Positions 1 through 12,985 are shown, numbered from the stretch's first letter. The stretch: DNA of 64,000 nt from Psammoneis japonica (GCA_008632985.1 QPGO01000125.1:124001-188000); one strand, 5' to 3'. Translations and numbers: made by a program. The notes: generated by a model not told the origin, from the sequence alone.

Positions 1-44
1 GATACCTCTTTGAAACTCAACGAGGCATTCAGGAGCACCATCCA

Positions 45-1799
45 TCAATCATCGTCGCTGTCACTATCATCCCAGCGCGGTCGAGTTGGAGGTATCCATT
101 CGTGCGGCTCTGTAGCACTTTTCTCTTGGTCACCATTTTCCTTCTTCAGTCTATCGTGATGGTTCATCCCTGACATCTGAGAGGTGACAACCTTTGAATT
201 CTTCTTTTGTACCGAGATTGGGACATTGTGGGCGGCTCTGTCTTGTGGTCGGACTTTTGAGTTTTTCTCACCGCGATTTACAGTGGTTACTAATCCATGT
301 CGTGATTTCGCTTTCGCACCACGAGCGCTTTCGACGCCGTCAGAGCCGTTGCTTGAGTTTTTGCTTTCAGTAATTTTCGAGATTACAACGCCAGATCGTG
401 ATGTGGTTGCACTGCCTCTTGATTCTCTATTGGTAGCCCCAGGACGCGGTCGCCTTGTGTTCTTCTTTGACGCCGCAAACCGGCGTCCCTGATCGGACGT
501 CGTTTCCCGCGAAGATCTCCCTGTTCCGTGACTATGCGCATTCGTCCACTTCGGATGTCCATCTTCTTTTTCCGTTGTAATATCGCTCATCACCGAGCCT
601 TCATCTCTGTATCCCACGCCTTCTGTTCTTTTCCCACGACTATGCCCTCGACCTCGTCCCCCAACGAGTTTCGGAATTCCTTTAGCTGTGCTGGCCACCC
701 GACTTGCTGACGCCACGAAGTCGCATCGCCTTGTTAATGAGCCTTGATGAGAAGGCAGTGACCGATTCGCATCTACTTCATGTACCTTCTTTCGATTCTT
801 TCTCTCCACGACCTTGTTCCTTTTATCTTGTGATGGCTTCGTAGTAGTCTGCTTGGGATTCTTCGAAAGCATCCCATCCTTAGCTTTGCACTCGGCAGCT
901 GCTCTGGCCAGGGACGATTTCGCATGAGGCACGATCGTCTTGTTTCCTAATTCACCTTGATTTAGATTGTTCTGCTTATGCTTGGTGTAGTAGGAAGCAT
1001 CGTGATCAGTCTCAGGTGATTTAACGGAGTCTGGGGCGTTGTTCGAAGATACGCCAATGCTTGGGAGGGAACTGCCTCCATCAGCACTCGAACGAGTCAC
1101 TGAAGTACGTGCCATTCGAGGAGTCGTCGTGAGTTGTGGCCCAACAATACACTCAGGGTTCTGATTGGGCCGAGAAGACATATTTATTCTGCCCTCATTG
1201 CTGGATTTCTTCTGCTGCCGCTCTTTCTCCGTGAGAACCGCCGCAGCCAGAGATGATAACGGTTGCTTTTTCTGCAAATCAAAACCACCAATCACGCCTT
1301 TTTCTGGAACACCATAGTACCATCCTGTGTCTCCGTGTATCCACCGCTTCTTTGGTAGCAACTCGGTAGTATTCGAAACAGGAGAAGGGACCGAGTCCTC
1401 GGCAGCTTCTTTGTCGCGATGTTTGTAGGACTTTGAGGCATCATCGGTCTGTGGTATTTCTAGCTTTGTGGGCGTTTCGTGTCGAAACGGACAAGCATCA
1501 CCTTTCCGACAATAGCCTTTCGCAAAGAACGAACAATTCACCTTTCCGCTATCTCGTTTTGAGCGGCTCTTTCTTGACGGTGGATTCCGATCACTCCCGG
1601 TGTGCGAGGAAGAAGTATCAAGCTCGTGCCGAAATCGACATGAGGACCCTCGCCGACAGTCTCCTCTTGCATAAAACGAGCACACGGGTACTTCTGACGA
1701 GGATTCAGTACGATAGGTCGAAGTTGGTGTACCGCGACCTGCAGCTGCTGCCGTTGCCAGTGATGATCTCACGACATGGTGATTCCGATGATCAGTCAT
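45..1799 (-). CDS. CCCH zinc-finger protein with long low-complexity, Lys/Ser/Arg-rich C-terminus
   Basis: 584-aa ORF with two C-x7-C-x5-C-x3-H motifs (CSFYARGDCRRGSSCRFRH; CSFFAKGYCRKGDACPFRH). Confidence 0.75.
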   Translation of the reverse strand: MTDHRNHHVVRSSLATAAAAGRGTPTSTYRTESSSEVPVCSFYARGDCRRGSSCRFRHELDTSSSHTGSDRNPPSRKSRSKRDSGKVNCSFFAKGYCRKGDACPFRHETPTKLEIPQTDDASKSYKHRDKEAAEDSVPSPVSNTTELLPKKRWIHGDTGWYYGVPEKGVIGGFDLQKKQPLSSLAAAVLTEKERQQKKSSNEGRINMSSRPNQNPECIVGPQLTTTPRMARTSVTRSSADGGSSLPSIGVSSNNAPDSVKSPETDHDASYYTKHKQNNLNQGELGNKTIVPHAKSSLARAAAECKAKDGMLSKNPKQTTTKPSQDKRNKVVERKNRKKVHEVDANRSLPSHQGSLTRRCDFVASASRVASTAKGIPKLVGGRGRGHSRGKRTEGVGYRDEGSVMSDITTEKEDGHPKWTNAHSHGTGRSSRETTSDQGRRFAASKKNTRRPRPGATNRESRGSATTSRSGVVISKITESKNSSNGSDGVESARGAKAKSRHGLVTTVNRGEKNSKVRPQDRAAHNVPISVQKKNSKVVTSQMSGMNHHDRLKKENGDQEKSATEPHEWIPPTRPRWDDSDSDDD

Positions 1800-2539
1800 G
1801 TCTCTGCGGTCTGCGGTAATCTACAATCTTTGCTTCCATAAAGTGAAACAGTGACATACCACAGTAAGTAGCAAGGACGACATCTAACTAATAGGCAGAA
1901 AAGATGATGACAGCAGTGTGTTCTTGATGCATAACGGACTTTCTGCTACACAGAGCACAGGGCAGTCGAAAGTCGAAGCTGGGTGTTGGGTGTCAACATT
2001 TTTTTCGATTTTTCATTCTTCATATTCGTCAATGAATAATCTTCTTCTTTGCCGTTTCCTCCTGTCCGGCAAATGCAACCCTGCGTTATCGTGCTTCCCT
2101 GGGTCAAGCAGAAGATGCGGCCATTGAATTTAGATTATTCTCCCTACTCTCTAGAGCTCGGTGGAGAGAGACTCTACTCTCTAGAGTAGCCGCGGTAGCC
2201 CTAGAGTAGTACCGTAGAGCAAGGGTGACTCACCGATGTACAGGAGGCTTCGAGGTTAATGTTGCCTACAGTACATACCTGCACGGCGGAACGATTATTA
2301 TAGCTAACGGCCCCGACTTGAGAACGATAAAACGAATGATCCTTTCAGAAATATGTCAAGTCTGATAGATAGCTCTAAAGTAACACTACTGTCATTCAGG
2401 ATTCAGAGAGGCGATCTCCTCATTCACACCATACCAGGTACTACAAGACTACTCTAGTTCGACTATCCCTCCCAACTACACCCTACCGTAGATCAACTCA
2501 CACAACCCACAACTACCCAAACACTTGCCTGACCAATCA

Positions 2540-4211
<1,672 letters not shown>

Positions 4212-4825
4212 GATTGGAGCGAATGGAATCTTCACGTTGACTGATAGTAAGGAGAGAAGGAAGTGCTTCCTGCTGCGTGTTTAATGCTTTGGTAAAGAGA
4301 CACAGGCGAGTAGAACAACAGGTGCGTCGTGCCGCAGAAAAAACACAACAGCGTCAGCTCTGAAAACTGAAAATGCGCTGATAAAAAAAATGCGATGTGT
4401 CGGTGCATCGCGCCAAAAAATCCGCGGTGAGCCAATGCGAGCTCGGTTTTTGAAAGCTCGATCTTATGGACGTACCATACGTACGTACGAACACAGACAG
4501 AGACTTACTGGGAAGGCATAATTAAAATTGAATGACCCTCTACCGTCAGTATAGTCCCTATCTATCTCGTGATATTTCTGCCCAAGAGACATTATGACTA
4601 TGTCTCTTCGTTTCTTCCAATGACTTCCGATCCACGTAGGGTACAGTATTATATTTCCGTACATACGACTATCTTTACGACCACAAGACATAATCATTAC
4701 ATAAGCCCTCGTGTTGTAAGTCGCTTCCCATCACACTTTTTTTGTGTTGACTCTCCTTTTTTAACTTGCACACACGTAACCCTCACACAAACTCTCTTTG
4801 GGGTTTGCAAAAGGATATCCAAAAG

Positions 4826-5935
4826 ATGAGATTTCGACGCTTCGGCTGGGCCTTTATGGCTAGTGCAATCGTTCAGTCGGCCTACGCCTACACAAAAACC
4901 GCGTTGTTGAGTAGAGAGGAAGTGGACCAATGCGACCGTTCTGACTACTTTGAGACTAAGGTAGTCATCGATCATGACCTTTTAAACAAGAAGTGGACGA
5001 CCACGGAAGAGTTGTCTCAGCTGGCAGAACTCTTTCGTGATACCTACAACACCATGAATGCTGCTCACCCAGATTCTGAGGTCTGTGACCGCGTCTACAA
5101 TCGTGCAGCTTATAAAGTCGCCGTCAAGCCTCTGCAAATGGTGTACAACCAATACGAAGGTCAGACAGGATATGTTCGTCAATTTCTCTATTATGTAGGG
5201 GGGACCTGTACTGGCTGCGCCTCGAACAGCAGCTTATTTGACGAAGGAACAGGGCGTACCTCTTCAGAACTGAACAAGCTTGAAGTCTCACCGACCTCTT
5301 GTGATTGTCCAGAATCAAAAGACCCAAGTACATCTCGAGGACCTACAGAGGCAGAGTTCAAGAAATCTTTCAAGTCCATCGTCAAAAAAGCCGGCGGAGA
5401 TGGAACTACGCAACTCCAGAATACGGCATCCCTGGAAAGGGTTGTAGAAGTCGAAGGGGACACGTGCAACGACGTCGTCGATCAGTTTTCTACGGTCGTA
5501 TCCTACGAACTGTCCACTACTCCATCCGAAAAAGATCTTGAAGCTGTCCAGGTTGCGTTTGTAAATGGCTTCAACTTCTTGTTGCCAGTTTACTGCGATC
5601 CTATGGTGCACATTGTGGAAAGCGCAACGGCGGTCAGCACCGTGAAACGTTCCTTGAGGAGGAAGCTTGGTGATAGATTGTTCGATAACACGGTTCGTGG
5701 ACGCTGCAGGGGATGTGGATCAGATTCTGGACTCTTCGACGATGGTAGGAGGCTGCAAGAGGACGACAATAAGCGTCGCACTGCCGCAACAAAATGTTTG
5801 TGTTCTCGAAATGCGTATGCGTACACCCCTCCAACAATCCAGGAGTTCGCAGAGAGCTTCAATAGAACACTTATGGCCGCGCGTAAAGATGGATACCTTT
5901 CGGAAGATATTTACTGCATGAGTGTCAACGACTAA
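4826..5935 (+). CDS. Secreted Cys-rich protein of unknown function with an internally duplicated domain
   Basis: Signal-peptide-like start (MRFRRFGWAFMASAIVQSAYA). Two copies of the pattern (Y/F)N...CD...G-x-C-x-GC...LFD...CxC...PT..EF. Paralog at 10828-12665. Confidence 0.8.
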   Translation: MRFRRFGWAFMASAIVQSAYAYTKTALLSREEVDQCDRSDYFETKVVIDHDLLNKKWTTTEELSQLAELFRDTYNTMNAAHPDSEVCDRVYNRAAYKVAVKPLQMVYNQYEGQTGYVRQFLYYVGGTCTGCASNSSLFDEGTGRTSSELNKLEVSPTSCDCPESKDPSTSRGPTEAEFKKSFKSIVKKAGGDGTTQLQNTASLERVVEVEGDTCNDVVDQFSTVVSYELSTTPSEKDLEAVQVAFVNGFNFLLPVYCDPMVHIVESATAVSTVKRSLRRKLGDRLFDNTVRGRCRGCGSDSGLFDDGRRLQEDDNKRRTAATKCLCSRNAYAYTPPTIQEFAESFNRTLMAARKDGYLSEDIYCMSVND

Positions 5936-6375
5936 CAACGAACAGGCTAATGTTTTGAGGTCGAATATCAGGTGAAAAGGAAATTAGAGAACGATTCTAG
6001 TGTAAGGAATGCTGCCAAGCATGTGGCTGATAGGCATACTTTGATACGGAAATCATTTTTATTTTACCGTAAAGTAGACATGCTAAACGCCGAGGTGTTT
6101 GCTCTGGGTTGCCGAGACCGATCGAAGCACTGGATAGAGTTTGCTCCGGTCTTGCATTTCAAAGGTGTGCCCTTATTGTAGTCTCTTGGTCACTCAGAAC
6201 GTCATGTTCGTTAGAGTTACCGGTAGTCAGTATCACTCTTGACTGTAGCTAGAGTCAAGAGAGAGGGCATCCAGTAGCTAGCTCTTACATTAACTCTATA
6301 CCGGTACTTAGATAGTAGTCTCTACTCTAGAGCTAGAGGCTCTCGCTCTAGTGGTAGAAGTAGTAGCTACAGTAG

Positions 6376-7820
6376 TTTTTTAAAATAGAATATTAAGAGA
6401 GCCTATGTAGAGCGGAAGGGAACAGCAGAGGGAGGCACGGAGGTAGCTGTAGTGACGGTAGAGTAGAAGGGCCGAAGGACACAGGAGGAAGGGCGTTGAG
6501 AGGAAGGTATAGGTGAGGAGGGAGAAGGGAGGGAGGATGTGAATCGGAGGATATGCGTAGAAAGGTGAAGAACAACGTTGTAGCCAAGAGTTTGAGTGGC
6601 CCACTGGGACGGGGAGGCTGTACGGTACTGTAGGTGCTCCCAAAGCGATCGGCGGACAGGCGACACCATGCGAAGTCAGCGGACGGAAGGATTGCAGACG
6701 GAGACGACAAAGCATAGAGGAAGGCGGAGCAGGAGGCAGCAGAGTGACGGAAGTCAGAGGAAGAGGACCAGGGAGGCTTGGGTTGAGAGCAGATGGAAGA
6801 AGACGTAGGACCAAAGAGCAAGTGGTGGGCAAAGCAGCGGAGACTGCCAAGGTGATTGACAGTGAAGGGGAGCAGGAAGATGCCATCGTTGTCAAGCAAA
6901 GAGAAACAACAAGGGAGCCATCAGCAGAGGAAGCCGAGGAACTTCAATCTCGCGCTCGAGTGGTGTGCCTCAGTTAAAATGGGAGAAGAGGGAGCAGGCA
7001 GACCTGGAGGAGGGCGAGAAGAAGCTTGAGGGACGGCAACGTCCACTGCAATGCAATGATGACAGGAAGGAGCGGAAAGGGAGGTGGGAGGGGGAATTGA
7101 AGTGCCGACATCGGCGGGACGGAGGAGTGGGCGGGCGGGGAGCAGGTTGGCAGGCTCGAGATGAACGTCATCAGGGGAGCGACAGAGCTCTGCAAGAGGC
7201 CCCAGGGTTTGGGCCAGGATGAAAACAGCATCTCGGAGGCCATTGGAAAGTTTGGACTTGTGAGCATGGCAACAAGAAAAGGCATGGTCGCCGCAAGCAT
7301 CAAGGATTGCATGGCCACAGGGACAGGGAGTGTTGACAAGGGACGGAGGGAGGACGGGGAGGCAAAGCTTGCAAAGAGCGGCAATGGCGTAGGCATCCGA
7401 AGAGAGACGGGAGCTTGGGAAGCAACGGGAGAAGGAATGAAGAGGAAGGCTTGTGAGCGGAGATGGCAATGAAGGCAGCGAAGATTGCACATCGCAGGAG
7501 GAGTCAGCAAGGATGGAAGCAACTGCTTGCTGTTGACATTCATGGTAGGTGCGGCGAGCCAGGCCAGGAAGAGTGGCCGATTTAACCAGGGCAGCCAAGG
7601 AAGAAGAGGAAAGGGCAGAGGCAGAGGCAAGAGCGGGGGCACAACGACGGAAAAGCACACAGAGACGCAGAGAAGAGCGAGGGTTGGACCAGGGAGATAG
7701 GGAGAGCCGAAAGCAGCGCGGAAGGGAAACAGAAGCACCGGAGGGCAGGCTGACACCGTGCGCAGCAAAGCGGAATGAGCGAAGGAGCGACACCAAAAAG
7801 GAAGGAATGGCGGCATCAGC
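6376..7820 (-). mobile_element. 5'-truncated non-LTR retrotransposon fragment, CRE-like (CCHC knuckle + restriction-like endonuclease), degenerate
   Basis: CPCGHAILDACGDHAFSC zinc knuckle followed by RPADV...IAVDV...LLPFTVNHLG, the PD-(D/E)xK RLE layout of CRE/R2-type elements. Frameshift near 6900-6925. Short A6 tail (T-run 6376-6381). No RT core and no TSD found. Confidence 0.7.
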
Positions 7821-8004
7821 TGTTTCGTCTCGCTCGTTGTTAGGTTGCATGCACAGAGCACCCGGATGCGTCCGTTGAGCGCACACGCCATGGGATGACC
7901 GCGCAGAGTGCCGAGTGCAAGTAAGCGCATTTGCGTCCAAGCACTCGATCGCTCCACGTTGCCATCGAAAAGCCAGTTCGGAGTCGTTGTTATTATCCCG
8001 ATAC

Positions 8005-8025
8005 CCTCTCTCTCTCTCTCTCTCT
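8005..8025. repeat. (CT)n microsatellite, ~10 units, just upstream of the DIX/J-domain gene
   Basis: ctctctctctctctctctctc seen directly. Confidence 0.85.
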
Positions 8026-8064
8026 CGCTTCTTCGTTTCCCATACAAAGTCTCGGTAGTACACT

Positions 8065-9576
8065 ATGGCTGGAGCTTCCAACGGTTTCGCAAATGAGGCT
8101 TCTTCTGTTATAGTTTTATACAAGGTTGTGAATTCCAAGTCGGATGCGGAGGGATTGTTCAATGCCTTTTACATGCCTCGCGGCGATGCTGTAACACTAA
8201 AGAAGGTCAAGCAGAATTGTGCAGCACTTCATTCTTTGAACCCCGCCGGACCAGAGGGATTTCACTGGCGTGTATGTATTGAAGACAACCGTGGAGGAAA
8301 CAGCAGCAGCAGCAAAGCTGTACCGTTTTCGTGGTGGGACATTCAGGACGAGAACGCACGTCTCCCAGTCAAGGAAGCAACGCCCTCTGAGTTGGAGTAT
8401 ATGTTCTTTCCCAAGAGTCAATCTGCTTCCACCAGTAGCACGGAGCACGCCACCAAGGCTGCTAAGGGCGGTTTGAAAATGCTGGGTAAGGCTGTAAATG
8501 CCGTGGTGGATGCGGGGACTGGTGGTGGTGTGGATAGCAGCAGTCCTCGTGTCGGTGTTATTGCCTTTAAGCTGCTTGACATGATCAAGATGCATGATGA
8601 ATTCGATCATAAGCACGGTGGAGCTCATCATGTGCCACGTGCCAAAACTCCCCGTGCTCCAAAGGCTCGGACTGCCCCGCAACGACCAGCTCCCACTCCC
8701 GCTCGTCCCGCCTCACATACCCCAGCAGCTCGTCGTACAACTGCGCCTCCGGCAACTGGACCTCGGCCTTCAGCTCCCCGTCCAGCAGGAAGAACTCCTG
8801 CCGCTTCTCAGCCTCCTCGTAGGGCTACAGCACCAAAACCTGCAGCGGAAGCATCTCTCATGAACTTTGATTCTCCTACCCCTGCCGACCGCAAGGCCAC
8901 TTACAACAAATCCTCGTCCTTACCGTCCAACTTCTCTGACAACGAGACTCGTGCCCAGCGTCTTAAGCGAGAATATGCCCAGAACCAGCAAAAGCAGAAC
9001 CGAGTTTGGGATGATGTGGATCAACGATGGGTTGACGCTAGTGCTCACGGATCGAATCAAGGCAAGAGCGTACCCGCCGCTTCTAGCGCGTCTGGCTCCG
9101 ACAAAAAGGTCAAGGGCATCAAGTTGGATGCGTCCAATGCCGTGGGCAAGTCGGCCTCTGTCCAAGCGGCTGTCAACAAGCGTGTCAATGAAATGAAGGA
9201 GTCTCAGGCAAAGGCGCTTGCCGAAGTGCGGGATCGTGAGAACCAAAAGAAAAAGGAAGAAGCCGAGGAGGATTTGGTGCGGAAGCGTTTGGAACCCAAG
9301 ATCAAGGCTTGGAGTGAGGAGCATGGCAAGAAGAAACAACTTCGTGCGCTCTTGGCTAGCCTCCACACCATTCTGTGGCCTGAGGCCAATTGGAAGCAAG
9401 TTAGTTTGGGTGACATTTTGGACGAATCCAAGTGCAAGCGTTGCTTTCACAAGGCCTCGAGGGTGGTTCACCCCGACAAGACGCATCATTTGGACGCGGA
9501 GAAACGTTTCTTGGCCAAGCGCATTTTTGATGCTCTTAGTCAAGCCAAGACCGAGTTTGATGAAGGTGCCAAGTAG
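8065..9576 (+). CDS. Auxilin-like J-domain protein with N-terminal DIX-like domain
   Basis: C-terminal LRALLASLHTILW...KASRVVHPDK...AKRIFDALSQA is an auxilin-type J domain with HPD. N-terminal NAFYMPRGDAVTLKKVK...GFHWRV...WWDIQDENARLPV resembles the DIX fold. Pro-rich linker between them. Confidence 0.85.
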   Translation: MAGASNGFANEASSVIVLYKVVNSKSDAEGLFNAFYMPRGDAVTLKKVKQNCAALHSLNPAGPEGFHWRVCIEDNRGGNSSSSKAVPFSWWDIQDENARLPVKEATPSELEYMFFPKSQSASTSSTEHATKAAKGGLKMLGKAVNAVVDAGTGGGVDSSSPRVGVIAFKLLDMIKMHDEFDHKHGGAHHVPRAKTPRAPKARTAPQRPAPTPARPASHTPAARRTTAPPATGPRPSAPRPAGRTPAASQPPRRATAPKPAAEASLMNFDSPTPADRKATYNKSSSLPSNFSDNETRAQRLKREYAQNQQKQNRVWDDVDQRWVDASAHGSNQGKSVPAASSASGSDKKVKGIKLDASNAVGKSASVQAAVNKRVNEMKESQAKALAEVRDRENQKKKEEAEEDLVRKRLEPKIKAWSEEHGKKKQLRALLASLHTILWPEANWKQVSLGDILDESKCKRCFHKASRVVHPDKTHHLDAEKRFLAKRIFDALSQAKTEFDEGAK

Positions 9577-10042
9577 AGTGTCTCTCGTTCGTTTGATTTG
9601 AGTAACCTCTAGAGAGGTAACGGAGTAGGATAGGACGTTGTTTGTCATCGAGCATTATAAGTACACATCTTAGTTGAGTACTACAACTACTAGAAAAGCA
9701 ATAATCATTCAATTCGTTGCTCACGACCGCATGACGATGATCCACGTCTCCAGACAACTTTTGCACGCCATTAACATCGCACTTTCAGTGCATGATTTCT
9801 GAGTGCTCCTAGGTGTACACCTGCTCATTGGAGGCACTGATGCCTATCTCTAACAAGGGCTAGCTCTTCCTGCAGTGCAACTACTAGAGAGTACGGTACA
9901 CTAGATAGTGAGGAGGAGGAGGAGTCATTGAAAATACTGTAGTCTTTCCAGTTTTTCCCTGCGTCCGTCAGTCCCCCCCACCTTGCACCCAACCAGCCAC
10001 ATGCGTGCACGACGCACGACCCTCCCATTCAATCCTATCACC

Positions 10043-10714
10043 ATGACGGAAGAAGCCGTTTCTCGTGCACAACCTGGCACCGTTGTGCTAGACTCTCTTC
10101 CTTATATCGACCCTGTAAACGAAGAATACGAGAGGTATGCATTGTCTTTGATTGAAGAGGAAATGAAGGCCATAAAGCCTCCCAAGCAAAGTCGATTACC
10201 TGCTCTACCGCCTCAGCAAAATCACTCGGCCCTATTGCAGCAAGAAATGAAGTTACTCAAAGAGAATGATAACAAATCTTTGGATACTGACTTTGTTAGC
10301 AAAACTAGAGCACAAGCTCCGGATTCTCAAGATGTTGAATCCTGGAAAAGTGCGGTAGACAAGGCCCGGGTCGAGTATCAATCTGAGTTGATCAGGTCGC
10401 AGATGCTCGAAGCTCATAATACCAACAATGCTGCCGCTACTCAATGGCAGTTACATAATTCAGCTTTGGAGGCAATGGTACAGGATATGACAGATCAACT
10501 AGAGCATCAAAGATCTATGGTGGACGGTACAAATAATCAACGTCAATCTTCGCAGCAGAACCAAGTCGGGAAGGAACTCGAGGTGTTAAACACGAAGTAT
10601 CTCCAGCTCTTGCACACCAAACATCAGCTCTCCTTGGCAACCAGAAAACTAGAATCTGAAGTGGATAAGATGAAAAGCACAAGTCGAGACCAGAGTGACA
10701 CTGCCGGGGGCTGA
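10043..10714 (+). CDS. SPF27: Pre-mRNA splicing factor SPF27/BCAS2 homolog
   Basis: LDSLPYID...ALSLIEEEMK N-terminal motif, WxxAV, W-x-x-HN and coiled-coil N-x-x-RQ-x-x-Q pattern. Confidence 0.85.
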   Translation: MTEEAVSRAQPGTVVLDSLPYIDPVNEEYERYALSLIEEEMKAIKPPKQSRLPALPPQQNHSALLQQEMKLLKENDNKSLDTDFVSKTRAQAPDSQDVESWKSAVDKARVEYQSELIRSQMLEAHNTNNAAATQWQLHNSALEAMVQDMTDQLEHQRSMVDGTNNQRQSSQQNQVGKELEVLNTKYLQLLHTKHQLSLATRKLESEVDKMKSTSRDQSDTAGG

Positions 10715-10827
10715 CATTCCGTATCTGACTATGAGTTCCGTTGAGTATAGTCACATTTAGTTCTTTGTTTCTTTGTTCAAGCTATGTTCTTCCCCTCCAA
10801 CATCCTTTTCTTTACTCCCTGCCCAGC

Positions 10828-12665
10828 TCACCAATCTACCTCATCTTCACTTACTTCGGAAACACTTAGCAGTTCCAGATCCTTTTGCGCCAAAGCCTCG
10901 CTATGGTTAAACCATCCCTCGAACTCATGCTCGTACGGAGCTCGTTCAAAACGCGGCTCGAGTGCACAGAAGCACTTTTCTTCTTCTTCCTCCTTTTCCC
11001 TACGCAGCATATGCGGGCTTGTTGACGAAAGTCCTCGAGTGACGGCGTCAGCTGCATCATTGAAGACTCGAGTTCTTTGATTGCAGTCCGTGTTCCGCTT
11101 GGAGCATTTCCCTCTCACCCTGAATTTCAGCCTTGTTTTCTTCTTTCTCTTCACAACTGTTCCTTCCAATCCGCGGTGCTCATCGTATACTTCATCTACT
11201 TTCACCTGCACGTCTTTGACTGTTCGACGGACGGGATCACAAAGTAAGTTGGCCAACCCGTTGTAAGAAAGCCCAAACGCCCTGCCTACCAGTTTTAAGC
11301 TATCCTTGTCCACGTTTTCCATGTTTTCATACTCCACAAAGGCGTACGTTGTGAAGTCCAAGCTTTGGACATTTCTAGGGCAGTCCACTTCCTGAATCTC
11401 AACAACAGCGGTTGCATCATGACCCTCAACCATTTCCTCCGAATCTACCTTGGCCGCTTTTACGGAAGCCTTTTCATCGACCAGCCCTCCACCAGCTTTT
11501 GCTTCTTCTCGCATATCTTCTCCTGTATTCTCCTTGAGCTTCATTCGAGTCTCAGCAGTTTTTATGGCAGCTTTTCTTGCCTCGTCTTCTGCTTCTTTTC
11601 GTTCCTTCTCGGCTTTACTCACGATCTTGTCAGATCGTTTCTGCTGATCCTTCAGTTTCTCTCTCGCCTTTAGGACTTCTTTCTGTGCCTTCTCCAGTTC
11701 ACTCGCCCTTTTTTTACGAATCTCTTTGCTTTCTTTCTCAGCCTTTTCTAACAACTTTGCAAGATCCTTCTTCTGCTTTGCCGAGTCCGCTTCTTCAAGC
11801 GCTTTCTTCGCGTCCGCTTCCTTTTCTTCGGCTTCTCTCACTGCTTTAGATGTTCGACTTTCGACTTCTTCAAGTTTTTTGCTTGCATTCTCTACACCTC
11901 TTTCTACCTCTCTCCACTTTTTCTGAGCTGCCTCTATCTCTTTTTGTGCCTCTGCATCAACCTCCTTTGCTTTTTGGGCCTCTTCTTCGTATTCTTCCGC
12001 CATCTTCATGCTGTCCTTCGCCTCGTCGAGGGAGACACTTTTAATTTCTTTGCGGAAAAATGACAAGAACTCCTTCTCGGTTGGAGCACGATCATTTGAC
12101 TCCTTTGGACAGTCGCAAATGCGATCGGCATCGCCGTCGGTGACTGGCAATTTGTACGTAACCGGCTCGACGAGTAGCCGCGAATTCTGAGGCATGTCCT
12201 TTTTCCAGTGATGGAATGCTAGAGTATCAGCATTACACCTACCGCTGCATTGACCATGAAGTTGATAAAGAATTATTCTTCGAAAGTCAACCTCTCCATC
12301 TACAACCCTCTCGAAGCTTCCCATTGCACGAGCTCGGACGGAATGGACCTTGCGGTAGAGTTTGTCGCAGGGACGTCCCTCCACGGCCTTCTCGGGATCG
12401 TTGAGGCTGATATGTTTCTAATACATGTCGTGCTAGTGCATAGAGCTCAACTTCATCTGGATCCTTCTCCATGTCCTTGCCGTCGTGTTCGATCAGAATC
12501 GACGAGTCAGAACGTTTTGTCCCTCTTGCACACGCGCGCTTCTTTCTCACGTCGTAGGTCACGTGCCTGGCCATTACGCCTTCCAAGCCGTGAATCATGT
12601 CCTTGAACGGTCAATGCGACACCTAAAAGAGATGTCGCGAGCGCTAGGTATAACAAGTATCTCAT
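10828..12665 (-). CDS. Secreted Cys-rich duplicated-domain protein with central K/E/A coiled coil (two apparent frameshifts at ~12510 and ~12410)
   Basis: Signal peptide MRYLLYLALATSLLGVALTVQG. Homology to 4826-5935 continues across frames (VCKRDKTF/DSSILIEHD...ETY/SLNDPEKAVEGRPCDK). Motifs CDCPKESNDRAPTEKEF and CFCA...RAPYEHEF. Confidence 0.7.
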
Positions 12666-12798
12666 GTCAAGACTCGATTTCATTGACGGCAAAGTGTGAA
12701 GTTCTGGAGAGACAATCACTGCTCGCTCTCACACAAAAAGGACGAGGACATGGTGGGGCTTATGAGTACATGGCATCTTGCAGTCATTATGTCCTAAT

Positions 12799-12973
12799 TG
12801 CAAGATCTAGCTTGAGATGACTTGATAAAAGTTGTGGGAGAACCGAGGAGAGACCCCATCATCGCTGATGCAGCCCAAACCTAACGGTTTCCCGTACATC
12901 TAATACGTTAGTTAACACACATATGTCAGAGAGGGCACACTCGGTCATAGAGTACATGTGCCTATCTCATTCA
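12799..12973 (-). repeat. 3' LTR (175 bp)
   Basis: Aligns without gaps to 18221-18395 with 13 mismatches; TG/CA termini. Confidence 0.96.
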
Positions 12974-12985
12974 CTCTTCCCCTCC
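12974..12985 (-). other. Polypurine tract (GGAGGGGAAGAG) of the LTR element
   Basis: ctcttcccctcc on + strand, directly abutting the 3' LTR. Confidence 0.85.

Noticed and set aside
6921..8162. 413-aa ORF as an intact gene
   Set aside because: It runs from the antisense of the DIX/J gene through a microsatellite into a truncated LINE fragment, so it is a chimeric reading frame.
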